From Chloroflexota bacterium (GTDB lineage: Bacteria > Chloroflexota > Anaerolineae > Anaerolineales > UBA11858): a stretch of DNA of 64,000 nucleotides. Where the stretch lies: positions 1,194 to 65,193 of the forward strand of contig VGOC01000005.1 of assembly GCA_016865865.1 (NCBI GenBank), read 5' to 3'. The notes beneath the pieces were generated by a model. That model was given only the letters and a program-made list of their open reading frames with translations, was not told the DNA's origin and did no database searches. Positions within the stretch are counted from its first letter, which is position 1. Each line of letters begins with the position of its first letter. Shown piece after piece: positions 19,280 to 29,029 of the stretch. The translations under genes and the position numbers were made by a program.

Positions 19280-20224
19280 ATGCGCATTGGACAGAATCCG
19301 GCCAAAACGATAGAACGTGTCGTCCAGCCTCGGCAGGTGACCGTCGCCATCGTCACGTATATCCCCTTTTTGAGCGGATATTATGCCCAGGGGCTGGATA
19401 TCCTCGAGGCCAGCCTATCCAGCCTGCGAGCGAACACATCGGAACCATTCGATTTGATGGTCTTCGATAACGGCAGTGGGGTAGAAACGCAGTCATATCT
19501 CAGGGACGAATATGCTAAAGGTAATATCCAATATCTAATATTCTCTGGACGCAACCTGGGCAAAGGGGGGGGCTGGAATTTCATCTTCGGCGCTGCGCCG
19601 GGCGAGATCATCGCCTACGCCGATAGCGATATTTTCTACCATCCCGGTTGGCTAACACGCTCGCTGGAGATTTTGGAGACTTACCCGAACGTGGGCATGG
19701 TCTCGGCGCGGCCATTGCGCAGCAGGGAACAGTATTTCTCGGCCACGCTGGATTGGGCGCGGCGGACATCGGATGTGGAATTGACGCAGGGTCAATTCAT
19801 CACCTGGGAAATCTTCAATCAACACTCGTTGAGCTGCGGGATAGATGAGACGCAGTCGCGGCAGTGGTTCAACGAAAGCTGCGACTGGAAGCTAAATTAC
19901 CGGGGCCTGGAAGCATATGCCGGGGCGGCGCATTTTCAGTTCGTAGCTCGCAAGGATGTGTTGCACACCCTGCTGCCCTTCGAGATGGATAGACCCATGG
20001 GACAGGTGCGGGCGCTCGATGAGCAGTTGAACGAAGCCGACTATCTGCGCCTGATGACAGCCGAGCCGTTGATCCTTCACATGGGCAACATGCTCTTCGA
20101 CGGCCAGGCTGGCATGGGAGGACGCGAGAAAAGAACGCACCGCGTCGTTGATTGGCCGCCATTCAGGAAAATGATCTTATCCATTTATCATCGCATTTTT
20201 CGACTTTACTACGGCAGGTCTTGA
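19280..20224 (+). CDS. GT2-like (GT-A fold) glycosyltransferase, paralog 1 of 3
   Basis: Reads MRIGQNPAK...VTVAIVTYIP...DLMVFDNGSG...AYADSDIFYHPGWL. Confidence 0.7.
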   Translation: MRIGQNPAKTIERVVQPRQVTVAIVTYIPFLSGYYAQGLDILEASLSSLRANTSEPFDLMVFDNGSGVETQSYLRDEYAKGNIQYLIFSGRNLGKGGGWNFIFGAAPGEIIAYADSDIFYHPGWLTRSLEILETYPNVGMVSARPLRSREQYFSATLDWARRTSDVELTQGQFITWEIFNQHSLSCGIDETQSRQWFNESCDWKLNYRGLEAYAGAAHFQFVARKDVLHTLLPFEMDRPMGQVRALDEQLNEADYLRLMTAEPLILHMGNMLFDGQAGMGGREKRTHRVVDWPPFRKMILSIYHRIFRLYYGRS

Positions 20225-21258
20225 TGCGCGTTGGAACCAACCCCATTCGAAGTCGGTATCTGGCATATTCCTATCAGCGCGTTGGCGTAGCTTCGATCAC
20301 CTTTGCTCCGTTCCTGGAAGGATTCTTCAGCGAAGCTATAGAAGTGATTGATATTCATTTGAACAGCATTCGTCAATCTGTCAGCGAAAATATTGATCTG
20401 TTGGTTTTCGATAACGGCAGTTGTGTGGAGCTGACCGATTTTTTGTGCGCTCAGCAGCGCCTTGGGTTGATTGATTGGTTATTTTTATCGAAACACAATC
20501 TGGGTAAAGCAGGGGCGTTGAACTGGATTTTTGCATCCATGCCGAATGAGTACATCGTCTACACCGACAGCGATGTGCTCTTTCGCCCTGGTTGGTTAGA
20601 ACAGAGTTCAGAGGTTTTTAACACTTTCGAGCGTGTGGGCATTGTCAGCGCCCAAACGGCATTTTTCGATGACATCCCTGGCGTGGCGGCGACTGCCCAA
20701 CGGCTGGCTGAACTTCCGGGTGTGCAATTGTCGGAAGAAATGCCCAACCCGGAGATATTGTCTGAATTCTGTGAAGGTGTTGGCGCGCCCGCCGAAGTGC
20801 GTCAGCGGTTAGAACAGATTCCATTGCATGTTGCCACCCATCGAAAGAAAGGCGTGCGCGCTGTTGCCGGAACCACCCACATGCAGTTTATGCTGCAAAG
20901 GGAACTTGCCCGGCGGCTATCTCCCTTGCCAGTAACCCGCGCCCTGGATTCGAGTGATGACTTCGAAATCAACCGCCGCGTGGACGCTATGGGGTATTTG
21001 CAGTTATCCTTGCCTGTCCCTTTGGTGTATCACATGGGGAATCGGTTGGAAGGCCGGTATATGCTCGAAGCGAACAATATACGCCGCAATGCAGGCAGGG
21101 CGTTCGAACCGTGGGATCATGCGCGTGCTCAATCACGGCAGAAGAGCCGTTCTAAAAAAGTGTTTGGGCGGTCGCTCCAACATTCGCCGAGACTAAAACG
21201 ACTGATACAGCGTGTTTATGCGTTCCTGTTCGATATTCTCTATGCCAACTATGAATAG
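20224..21258 (+). CDS. GT2-like glycosyltransferase, paralog 2 of 3
   Basis: Reads MRVGTNPIRS...DLLVFDNGSC...VYTDSDVLFRPGWL. The ATG at 20224 overlaps the upstream TGA. Confidence 0.7.
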   Translation: MRVGTNPIRSRYLAYSYQRVGVASITFAPFLEGFFSEAIEVIDIHLNSIRQSVSENIDLLVFDNGSCVELTDFLCAQQRLGLIDWLFLSKHNLGKAGALNWIFASMPNEYIVYTDSDVLFRPGWLEQSSEVFNTFERVGIVSAQTAFFDDIPGVAATAQRLAELPGVQLSEEMPNPEILSEFCEGVGAPAEVRQRLEQIPLHVATHRKKGVRAVAGTTHMQFMLQRELARRLSPLPVTRALDSSDDFEINRRVDAMGYLQLSLPVPLVYHMGNRLEGRYMLEANNIRRNAGRAFEPWDHARAQSRQKSRSKKVFGRSLQHSPRLKRLIQRVYAFLFDILYANYE

Positions 21259-23440
21259 AATCCCGCGAGCCGCTGTATATGTGGGTTGGCTGCTGGTGAC
21301 CATAAGCTGGTGGTTGGCGGGAAGCGCGTTGTTCTTTGGAAACGAATATAGATTTTTTGCCCTCCGCGGCCTGCTTGAAAGCGCGCTGCTGTTGCCGATT
21401 TTCTTTCTCATCATCGGCGCTCTGACGAAATATTTTCTCTCATCTGCTTTCCAGAAAATTCTGGAAACTACTCGAACCCAATCCACGACGGTGGATTTCG
21501 TACGCCAGCCTCGAATTTATTCGATGGTTGAGCAAATCTTGCGCCGAAACCGGTTCTGGCTGGCAACATCTCTCTCGGCGTTGTCGGTCGTCATGCTTTT
21601 TCCACTTTCGATTCCTGCATTCCCTGCCGGACACAGCCTGGAAATTACGGCTATAGATGGGACAGTCGAGATTCGCCAACTGCTCTATCTGGATGGCAGC
21701 CCTATTCCTCTGGAGGAATTCGAGCTTTCCGGCGATTGGCAGGTGGTTGGAGACATGCTTATCGCTCAAGGGGGGGAACCTGGATCAACAGCCAGACTCG
21801 CCGGGATGATGCCAGGCGGAGTAGTGCTGAGCGTGCGTCATAATGTAGAGGCGGGAAGAATGTTGGTGCTTTGGGATGGGGAGCAGACCGAATGGGATTT
21901 ATCTGCCTCTCAGAGTGTGACCAACGATGTGGTTTTCGGAGGATCAGGCGCGACCCCGGGGCTGCTCCTGCTGGTGAGGGGATTCTACTTCCTGGCATTT
22001 TGGTCGTTGACCTTCGTCTTCGCGCTCCTTGTCGAGATGCGCTGGCCACGCCCCGTAGTGGTCAATGCCCTGTTGGCCGTACTTAATATCGCTATCATGG
22101 CCTCTTTTGTTCCCCAAAAACTGGCGTATGCTGAATTCAGTGCGGAACGAGTATTTCGCGACACAGAATGGTATGTCGAGACGGCAAGTGCTCCGTTAGG
22201 CTCGCTGGATTTTTGGGCTGGAACCCGCGCCTTCACATATCCTCTCGTTTTCAAGCTCTTTGGCATTAACTCGGGCAACTTCACCGATCCTGATTTGCTC
22301 GCTGATGTCGTTCAGTTCCAATATTGGTTCTCGATATTTGCCTGGTCTGCTCTTGCCCTGGCGGTGTCCCAATGTATGCGCGCGCTGTGGCTCAGGCCTG
22401 TTGTGTTGAGTTTGGTGCTCTATTTCAGCTTGAATTTGCAGATTTCGATTTGGGATAACTTGATACTTTCTGAATCCACATCGTTTTCCCTGTTCGCCCT
22501 GCTGATCGCAGTATGGATTTTGTGGAATGCGACAGCCTCGAAAGAGACCGGTCATCTCGCGCAGATTGGGTATCTGTCTTTGACTGTCCTGATAACCATC
22601 TTATATGTGTTTTCTCGTGAGAGCAACCAATATTTCGTATTCTTTGGGGTTTTGATCCTGCTGTCTGCTGGTTTGTTTGGCATACTTCCTCCACGGAATA
22701 CGAATTATTTACTGGCTTATTTCGTGATATTTATTGGGATTGTCGTTGGGAAGAATATCTCTTTCGAGAGGAGCAATCTCTGGCAGGTTCACCTTTTCGA
22801 TCATCTGGCGCATCGCATCATTCCAGACGAAAGGATGTTGGATTTTTTTGTTTCAGCCGGTTTGCCCCTCAGTGAAGACCTGATAGGGATTACTGATATG
22901 CCGGGGCATGAGTACCTGCCCTATTTGTTCGATGATCCCGGGATGGCTGAAGTTCGAGAATGGGTTAGCCAGTATGGATTATCCACTTACCTGGGCTATC
23001 TGATTTCCCATCCCATTGATTCGCTCATCGAACCTCTCCGCCAATTTCCTTCGATTCTTCTTGGTGATAACCTTGAATATCACAACCCACGCTATGCGGT
23101 TCAGACAATACCAGTCTGGTTGATGGATCTCACGCGGAGATTCTATCCCCGCGATTTTTATACCATGATTGCTTTTGTCGGGCTTGCTGCCTTCGGGGTG
23201 ATTCGATATATCTTTGATAGAAATCAAGCGCGGTCGTCATGGATTGTTGTGGCCGTACTCCTCGTCAGCCTGTACCCGATGATGTTCATCATCTGGCATG
23301 GCAACCCCATCGAGATCGAGCGACATGCCGCGTCTATTGGCATTCAACTCCGGCTGATGGGCTGGATGACGGTGGCGCTTCTGCTGGATCAACTGGCGTC
23401 TGGAAAATGGTACACGGATTACACGGATTACATGGATTAG
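21251..23440 (+). CDS. Large polytopic membrane protein (about 729 aa) with an N-proximal extracytoplasmic domain; function unknown (polymerase-like or GT-C-like)
   Basis: More than 10 hydrophobic spans and a non-hydrophobic segment of about 150 aa after the TM2-3 region. The ATG at 21251 overlaps the upstream stop. The C-terminal YTDYTDYMD is encoded by a 9-nt tandem repeat. Confidence 0.5.
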   Translation: MNRIPRAAVYVGWLLVTISWWLAGSALFFGNEYRFFALRGLLESALLLPIFFLIIGALTKYFLSSAFQKILETTRTQSTTVDFVRQPRIYSMVEQILRRNRFWLATSLSALSVVMLFPLSIPAFPAGHSLEITAIDGTVEIRQLLYLDGSPIPLEEFELSGDWQVVGDMLIAQGGEPGSTARLAGMMPGGVVLSVRHNVEAGRMLVLWDGEQTEWDLSASQSVTNDVVFGGSGATPGLLLLVRGFYFLAFWSLTFVFALLVEMRWPRPVVVNALLAVLNIAIMASFVPQKLAYAEFSAERVFRDTEWYVETASAPLGSLDFWAGTRAFTYPLVFKLFGINSGNFTDPDLLADVVQFQYWFSIFAWSALALAVSQCMRALWLRPVVLSLVLYFSLNLQISIWDNLILSESTSFSLFALLIAVWILWNATASKETGHLAQIGYLSLTVLITILYVFSRESNQYFVFFGVLILLSAGLFGILPPRNTNYLLAYFVIFIGIVVGKNISFERSNLWQVHLFDHLAHRIIPDERMLDFFVSAGLPLSEDLIGITDMPGHEYLPYLFDDPGMAEVREWVSQYGLSTYLGYLISHPIDSLIEPLRQFPSILLGDNLEYHNPRYAVQTIPVWLMDLTRRFYPRDFYTMIAFVGLAAFGVIRYIFDRNQARSSWIVVAVLLVSLYPMMFIIWHGNPIEIERHAASIGIQLRLMGWMTVALLLDQLASGKWYTDYTDYMD

Positions 23441-23536
23441 GTGGATTTATGGCGTGCTTATCTGTGTTCATCCCTTCAATCCGTGTCCCATTTCTTGTCT
23501 CACTTTCTCTGAAACAACTCTATTGGAGATTGATTA

Positions 23537-24496
23537 GTGCGTATTGGACAAAACCCCGCTAAATTTATCGAAGCAAGCCCGCAACCGGCGCGTGTGACCG
23601 TCGCGACCGTCACCTATATCCCGATGGTCAGTGGATATTTTGCCCAAAGTCTGGATATCCTCAAGCTGTGTTTCGATAGCTTATGGAAGCACACGCAGAT
23701 CGACTACGATTTGATGGTATTCGACAACGCCAGTTGTCCCGAAGTCAGGAAATACCTTCTCGAAGAGCAAAGCGAAGGACGGATTCAGTATTTGCTGCTT
23801 TCGCAAGAGAATATCGGCAAGGCCGGCGCCTGGAATGTCATCTTTGGGGCTGCCCCGGGAGAAATCATCGCCTATGCCGACAGCGATGTGTATTTCTATC
23901 CTGGATGGTTATCTGCGCAGTTAGAGGCGCTCGAAAAGTTCCCCAATGTGGGCATGATTACTGGAATGCCGATGTGGAGTCCCGAAGAATTTTCCACCAG
24001 CACCGTTCGGTGGGCCGAGGATACGCCAGATGTCACAATCGAGCGGGGAAACTTCATCTCATGGGAGAATCATTGGCGACATGCGCGCAGCCTGGGTGGA
24101 GAAGAGGCGCGTGTGCGCGAATTCTTTGCTGAAGTCGAAGACATCCGTCTGACGTATCAGGGCAAGCATTATTATGTGGGGGCCGGGCATTTCCAGTTTG
24201 TGGGGTACAAGCAAGCCCTCCAAAGCGTCCTGCCGATTCTGAACGAGCGTCCGATGGGACAGGTTCGCCTTTTAGATGTGGCGATCAATGAACGTGGCCT
24301 CTTGCGCCTTTCTACGCCCGAATGGTGGGTGCAGCATTTGGGCAATAGGCTCTCAGAGGATGAACTAGAACTTGGGGCGCCTGTGGTCAGCCTGAAAGGT
24401 AGAGAGCGCAAGCGACCCTGGATTCTGAAATGGCAACTCGCCGAGGATTTCCTGTATTGGATTTACCATCGCCTCTTCGAGTTCTTGCATGGCTGA
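23537..24496 (+). CDS. GT2-like glycosyltransferase, paralog 3 of 3 (GTG start)
   Basis: (V)RIGQNPAKFIE...DLMVFDNASC...AYADSDVYFYPGWL, closely similar to the 19280 gene. A ggag RBS precedes the GTG. Confidence 0.72.
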   Translation: MRIGQNPAKFIEASPQPARVTVATVTYIPMVSGYFAQSLDILKLCFDSLWKHTQIDYDLMVFDNASCPEVRKYLLEEQSEGRIQYLLLSQENIGKAGAWNVIFGAAPGEIIAYADSDVYFYPGWLSAQLEALEKFPNVGMITGMPMWSPEEFSTSTVRWAEDTPDVTIERGNFISWENHWRHARSLGGEEARVREFFAEVEDIRLTYQGKHYYVGAGHFQFVGYKQALQSVLPILNERPMGQVRLLDVAINERGLLRLSTPEWWVQHLGNRLSEDELELGAPVVSLKGRERKRPWILKWQLAEDFLYWIYHRLFEFLHG

Positions 24497-24520
24497 CCAG
24501 TTATCATAGATACGACTACT

Positions 24521-25372
24521 ATGGAAAAACTGCTTGAATTATTAGTATGTGAAGGCTGTGGACGAAGCTACCAGCAGAGTCAGGGCGGCGTGCTCCGGTG
24601 CAGCCAGTGCGGAAAGGCCGTGCCGATGCAGGAGAACATCCCTATCTTTACAGATATCCCAGATGATATCCACCCCTCTGATAAGGAGACCCGGGGCCCT
24701 GATATCGGCACGCCATGGCGGCAGGCGAACTGGCAGTTTTTGACCGACTGGCTGGAGAGCCAGAATCCAGACATCTTGATCCTCGATATCGGCGCAGGGC
24801 GTGGAGATTTTGCCGAGGCTCTCACAGGCAGAAACTGTATCGCCCTGGATATTTACCCATACCCCGAGGTGGATATCGTTTGTGACCTGACGAAAGCCAA
24901 CCCGTTTCGCCCTGCAAGCGTTGACGCTGCTTTGATGCTCAATGTGTTGGAACACATCTACGATACACATGCGATGCTCGAAACCCTTGCGAAAATCCTC
25001 AAGCCTGGCGGAAGGCTTTTGTTGGCGATTCCCTTCATGGTCAAGATGCATCAACCTCCCCTGGATTTCGTCCGTTATACACACTTCGCATTGCAGCAAA
25101 TCGGCCAAGAGTATGGATTGGAAATCGAACAACTCGAAGGCTTCTATGATCCGATGTTCTTCCTTGGGGAGGGCATCCGGAATATCCAATGGCCGATCTT
25201 GCGCAAGATGCGCGGCTGGAGGCAGCACATCGGGCGTTTGTTGCTGGCGGGAATTCGATTCTTCGCATATCTCATGCAGCCGGTGATCGGCTCCGGCCAC
25301 ATCAAATCCCCCATTGAAGCCATCAGCCTGGCTCCAACGGGATATCAGGTGGTTTATCGGAAAAAGGTGTAG
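24521..25372 (+). CDS. SAM-dependent methyltransferase with an N-terminal Trm112-like zinc ribbon
   Basis: Has CEGCG...CSQCG, motif I ILDIGAGRGDF and ALMLNVLEHIYD..LKPGGRLLL. Confidence 0.82.
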   Translation: MEKLLELLVCEGCGRSYQQSQGGVLRCSQCGKAVPMQENIPIFTDIPDDIHPSDKETRGPDIGTPWRQANWQFLTDWLESQNPDILILDIGAGRGDFAEALTGRNCIALDIYPYPEVDIVCDLTKANPFRPASVDAALMLNVLEHIYDTHAMLETLAKILKPGGRLLLAIPFMVKMHQPPLDFVRYTHFALQQIGQEYGLEIEQLEGFYDPMFFLGEGIRNIQWPILRKMRGWRQHIGRLLLAGIRFFAYLMQPVIGSGHIKSPIEAISLAPTGYQVVYRKKV

Positions 25373-25384
25373 ATCGCGGACGAC

Positions 25385-25444
25385 TTTCCGGGAAACGGGT
25401 TGCAAGTTCCACTTTGCCGTGATTTTCGCCCCGTTTCCCGGAAA
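25385..25444. promoter_or_regulatory. Perfect 15-bp inverted repeat with a 30-nt spacer (operator or hairpin)
   Basis: tttccgggaaacggg (25385-25399) pairs with cccgtttcccggaaa (25430-25444). It lies in the 170-nt gap after the methyltransferase stop. Confidence 0.4.
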
Positions 25445-25542
25445 CTGAAATCAAAGAGCCAGATTTATACCACAGACAGCGGACGACCGACCGTAAAGCA
25501 AAACCGCCGTCTTCCGTCAGTGGTCCGCGGTCGCTTCCATTT

Positions 25543-26988
25543 ATGGCAAACTCGAAGCGAATCTTCATTTGCGCCGATCATGGATTAGCGGCGATATATT
25601 TTTTGCAGAGCGACGTTGTGTCGGCATTGCTCGCTGCGGGCGTCGAAGTCATACTATTTACCGATGAGGCCCTCAAGGATCAGATTCAACGGCGTTTCGG
25701 TCGCCCCGGTTTGATCCTCGAGGGATTACGCCTGGAGCAGGCGCGCGACTACGAACGCACGGTCAGCCCTTCCCTGCAGTGGTGGCTTCATTTCTTGCGC
25801 CGGGCTGGGGCGTCCAATCGCATCAACCTGGAGGCTGTGGACGGCTTCGTCAGCCAAGTCGAGGACGAAGCCCACCCCAAGCGTAAGGCTTTGTTCCCAT
25901 TGATGAAATTGGTGATCGCCTTTTTGCGCCATAGCCAACCGGCGCGGCGAATGCTTATGCGGCTCCAGAATCGTTTCAATCCCAATCTGTACGCAGATTT
26001 GTTCGAGGAATACTGGCCAGAATTAGTCGTAGCTAGCACACCGGGTTGGCGATTCGATCGCTATCTGCTCCGGGAGGCGACCGCGCGCGGCGTAACCACT
26101 GCGGCGGTGATTGTTGGATGGGACAACACCAGCAGTTATAGTTTGCCTGGAGCTGCGGTGGACTGGATTTCATGTTGGTCGGATCTACAGAAGCAGGAAC
26201 TGACCCGAGGCGCGGATTGGCCCCCGGGGCGCGTGAACATCGGGGGGATACCCTCCTATGATGGCTATTTCCGCAGAGAGTGGCTCATCCCGCGACATGA
26301 ATATTTCCGTATGCACGGCCTCGACCCGGCGCGCAATCTGATCTCCTATGCCAGCAGTTTCGTCACCTTCTCGCCGAATCTGCCCAATGTGGAAATGCTA
26401 GCGCGCCTGGTTGCTGAAAACCAACTCTCTCGACCGGCGCAGTTGCTCATTCGCCTGCACCCCACCCATTTTTCGGAGATAGCGCATTACGCCGGAGAGC
26501 GCGAGAAAATCCGCCATTTGGCGCGTGATCTGCCCCATGTCCATGTGGTCGAGCCGGTGCCGCTGGGCGAAGGGGGCATGAGTTATTACTCAGGCGAAGA
26601 CATGCCGGAAAAATCCTCGATGATGGCCTACTCGGATGTGATGGTGACGGTCTATTCGACGATGGTCGTCGAGGCCTCGATCCATGGGACGCCGGTGATC
26701 AGCTTGTGCCTCGACTCGCCGGAAGGATGGCCGGGGAAGTTCACCTTGCCGCTGACGAAAATTGGCGGCTGGCCTACGCACCTGCGTTTCAGAGAATCCG
26801 GCGCCGGGCGTGAGGCGCGGGACGAAGCCGAGTTACTGGCCACCATCAACCGCTACCTGGATGATCCAACCGCAGATCAACAGGCCAGAAAAGATTTCAT
26901 CGCTCGCGAGTGTACTTTCATAGATGGCAAAGCGGGCGTACATACTGCCGAATTCTTGTTTTCTCTGCTGAATAGAAACGATGATTAA
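25543..26988 (+). CDS. GT-B-like transferase of uncertain family (Capsule_synth-like or TagF-like pattern)
   Basis: Has LLIRLHPTHF and YSDVMVTVYSTMVVEASIHGTPVISL. The N-terminal half is Rossmann-like (IFICADHGLAAIYFLQSDV). Confidence 0.45.
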   Translation: MANSKRIFICADHGLAAIYFLQSDVVSALLAAGVEVILFTDEALKDQIQRRFGRPGLILEGLRLEQARDYERTVSPSLQWWLHFLRRAGASNRINLEAVDGFVSQVEDEAHPKRKALFPLMKLVIAFLRHSQPARRMLMRLQNRFNPNLYADLFEEYWPELVVASTPGWRFDRYLLREATARGVTTAAVIVGWDNTSSYSLPGAAVDWISCWSDLQKQELTRGADWPPGRVNIGGIPSYDGYFRREWLIPRHEYFRMHGLDPARNLISYASSFVTFSPNLPNVEMLARLVAENQLSRPAQLLIRLHPTHFSEIAHYAGEREKIRHLARDLPHVHVVEPVPLGEGGMSYYSGEDMPEKSSMMAYSDVMVTVYSTMVVEASIHGTPVISLCLDSPEGWPGKFTLPLTKIGGWPTHLRFRESGAGREARDEAELLATINRYLDDPTADQQARKDFIARECTFIDGKAGVHTAEFLFSLLNRNDD

Positions 26989-28024
26989 GAAATTTACCAA
27001 ACGACTCAAGCTGGCAGCTCGAGTCCTCCTCACCGGGCAGGTTTCATCCGAGTCGAGAGGGGATATCCCTGGGATAACGCCTGAGGAGGCGGCTGAATTC
27101 CGAGCCTTCTTCCCCTTGGATAAGTTTTTCATCTTTGGCCATGCACGCTCCGGCACAACCCTGCTTACCCGGCTGATTCGCTTGCATCCTGAAGTTCACT
27201 GTAATTACCAGGGGCACTTTTTCACCCGCCAGCCCACATTGGAAGGACTTGTGGATAGCGCCGCGATCGAGGCCTGGCTTACGCGCCGCAGCAACCGTTG
27301 GAATCGCGGTCGTGATCTGTCGCCTGTGATGTTGCGGGCGGCGGTCGAATTCGTCATGGAGCGTGAAGCCCGCTTGGCGGGAGCCAGCGTCGTGGGAGAC
27401 AAAAGCCCCAATGCTTTGTTGAATGGCGAAGCCGTGCGCCGGATGCATAGAATCTATCCAGATGGCAAGCTGATCTTCATTGTGCGTGACGGACGCGACG
27501 CGGCTATCTCGCATCGTTTTCAGCAGTTCATTGATGCGCCTCACCATCTCTCAAGGCAAGACAGGCTGATCAGGAAGAAATTCGAAAGCGCCCCCGAATC
27601 TTCTCTGCGCGGAGAATATTCGATATTTACCAGAGAGGGGATCCGAGAAGCGGCGGAAGGCTGGGTCCGCAATGTCGCTGAAACAGATCAGATGGGGCGG
27701 CAGTTGTATGGGGATGGACAGTATATATCCGTGCGATATGAGGATTTACTGAAGTCTCCATGGGAGCAAATGCTGCGTTTGTGGGGATTCCTGGGCGTAG
27801 ATACTTCATCGGCTGGTTTACCCGCCCTTTTATACGAAGAATTAAGCAGCAACCCCGATGCCGAATGGCAGCAACAAAAAGCCGGTGACTTAATCGAGCC
27901 GTTGAAGAAGGGAAAATCCGGTTCCTGGCGCGAGTTGTTTACTACCAGGGATAAGCTGTTTTTCAAAGATGTTGCCGGAGATACGCTGATTGCCTGGGGG
28001 TATGAGAAAGACCTGGACTGGTAG
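26981..28024 (+). CDS. Sulfotransferase
   Basis: Has FIFGHARSGTTLLTRLI (PSB loop) and FIVRDGRDAAIS (3'-PB-like). Confidence 0.8.
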   Translation: MIKKFTKRLKLAARVLLTGQVSSESRGDIPGITPEEAAEFRAFFPLDKFFIFGHARSGTTLLTRLIRLHPEVHCNYQGHFFTRQPTLEGLVDSAAIEAWLTRRSNRWNRGRDLSPVMLRAAVEFVMEREARLAGASVVGDKSPNALLNGEAVRRMHRIYPDGKLIFIVRDGRDAAISHRFQQFIDAPHHLSRQDRLIRKKFESAPESSLRGEYSIFTREGIREAAEGWVRNVAETDQMGRQLYGDGQYISVRYEDLLKSPWEQMLRLWGFLGVDTSSAGLPALLYEELSSNPDAEWQQQKAGDLIEPLKKGKSGSWRELFTTRDKLFFKDVAGDTLIAWGYEKDLDW

Positions 28025-28027
28025 AAG

Positions 28028-29029
28028 ATGAAATTCCTGATCGCCGGTTTCGGCTCCATTGGCCGCCGCCATTTTCGTAATCTGATAGCGCTTGGGGAGC
28101 GGAATATTCTCTTTTTACGCAGCCAGCATAGCACACTGCCCGATGACGAAATTGCTGGCTTCCCTGTAGAGACAAACATCGAAGCTGCTCTGGCCCACAA
28201 GCCGGATGCAGTGATTGTCTCGAACCCCACCTCACTTCATCTGGATGTAGCCATCCCGGCTGCTGAGGTGGGTTGTCATCTGTTGCTGGAAAAACCCCTC
28301 TCTCACTCGATGGCGCGCGTAGACGAATTACAGGCGGCTGTCGAGCGAAAATGCGGGAGGGTATTGGTGGGGTTCCAGTTTCGTTATCATCCACAACTGC
28401 GGCAAATCGCCGCGCTGCTGGCTGATGAGGCCATCGGGTACCCTGTGTCAGTCCAGGTGATTTGGGGCGAGTATTTGCCGGGGTGGCATCCCTGGGAGGA
28501 TTATCGTCAGGGCTTCAGCGCCCGCGCTGATTTGGGGGGCGGGGTGATCCTGACTTTGACTCATCCGTTCGATTATCTGCGCTGGCTGCTGGGAGATGTT
28601 GCTGCTTTGTGGGCTTTTACCGGCCGGGTGGATGACCTGGAAATCGCTGTGGAAGGGGTTGCTGAAATAGGATTGCGTTTTGCCAATGGGGTCTTGGGTA
28701 CCGTCCATCTGGATTATATTCAACGCCCGCATACCCACCGATTGGAATTAGTTGGTACGCAGGGGACAATTCGCTGGGATTATCTCGAGGGGATTCTGCA
28801 GGTGTTCAGGGCATCGAAGGAGGAATGGGAAGTCTATTTAGTCCCTGAGGGTTTCGAGCGCAATCAATTATTCCTGGATCAGATGAAACACTTTTTGGCT
28901 GTGGCGCGCGGAGATGAGCAGCCCTTGTGTACGCTGGCTGACGGAATCTGGGCGCAGAAGCTGGCTATGGCCGCGCACGAGTCGGCTCGTTCGGGAAGAG
29001 TAGTCGCCTGGAGTTCACCGACCAGCTAA
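28028..29029 (+). CDS. Gfo/Idh/MocA-family NAD(P)-dependent sugar oxidoreductase
   Basis: Has MKFLIAGFGSIGRRHFRNL and EKPLSHS. Confidence 0.8.
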   Translation: MKFLIAGFGSIGRRHFRNLIALGERNILFLRSQHSTLPDDEIAGFPVETNIEAALAHKPDAVIVSNPTSLHLDVAIPAAEVGCHLLLEKPLSHSMARVDELQAAVERKCGRVLVGFQFRYHPQLRQIAALLADEAIGYPVSVQVIWGEYLPGWHPWEDYRQGFSARADLGGGVILTLTHPFDYLRWLLGDVAALWAFTGRVDDLEIAVEGVAEIGLRFANGVLGTVHLDYIQRPHTHRLELVGTQGTIRWDYLEGILQVFRASKEEWEVYLVPEGFERNQLFLDQMKHFLAVARGDEQPLCTLADGIWAQKLAMAAHESARSGRVVAWSSPTS

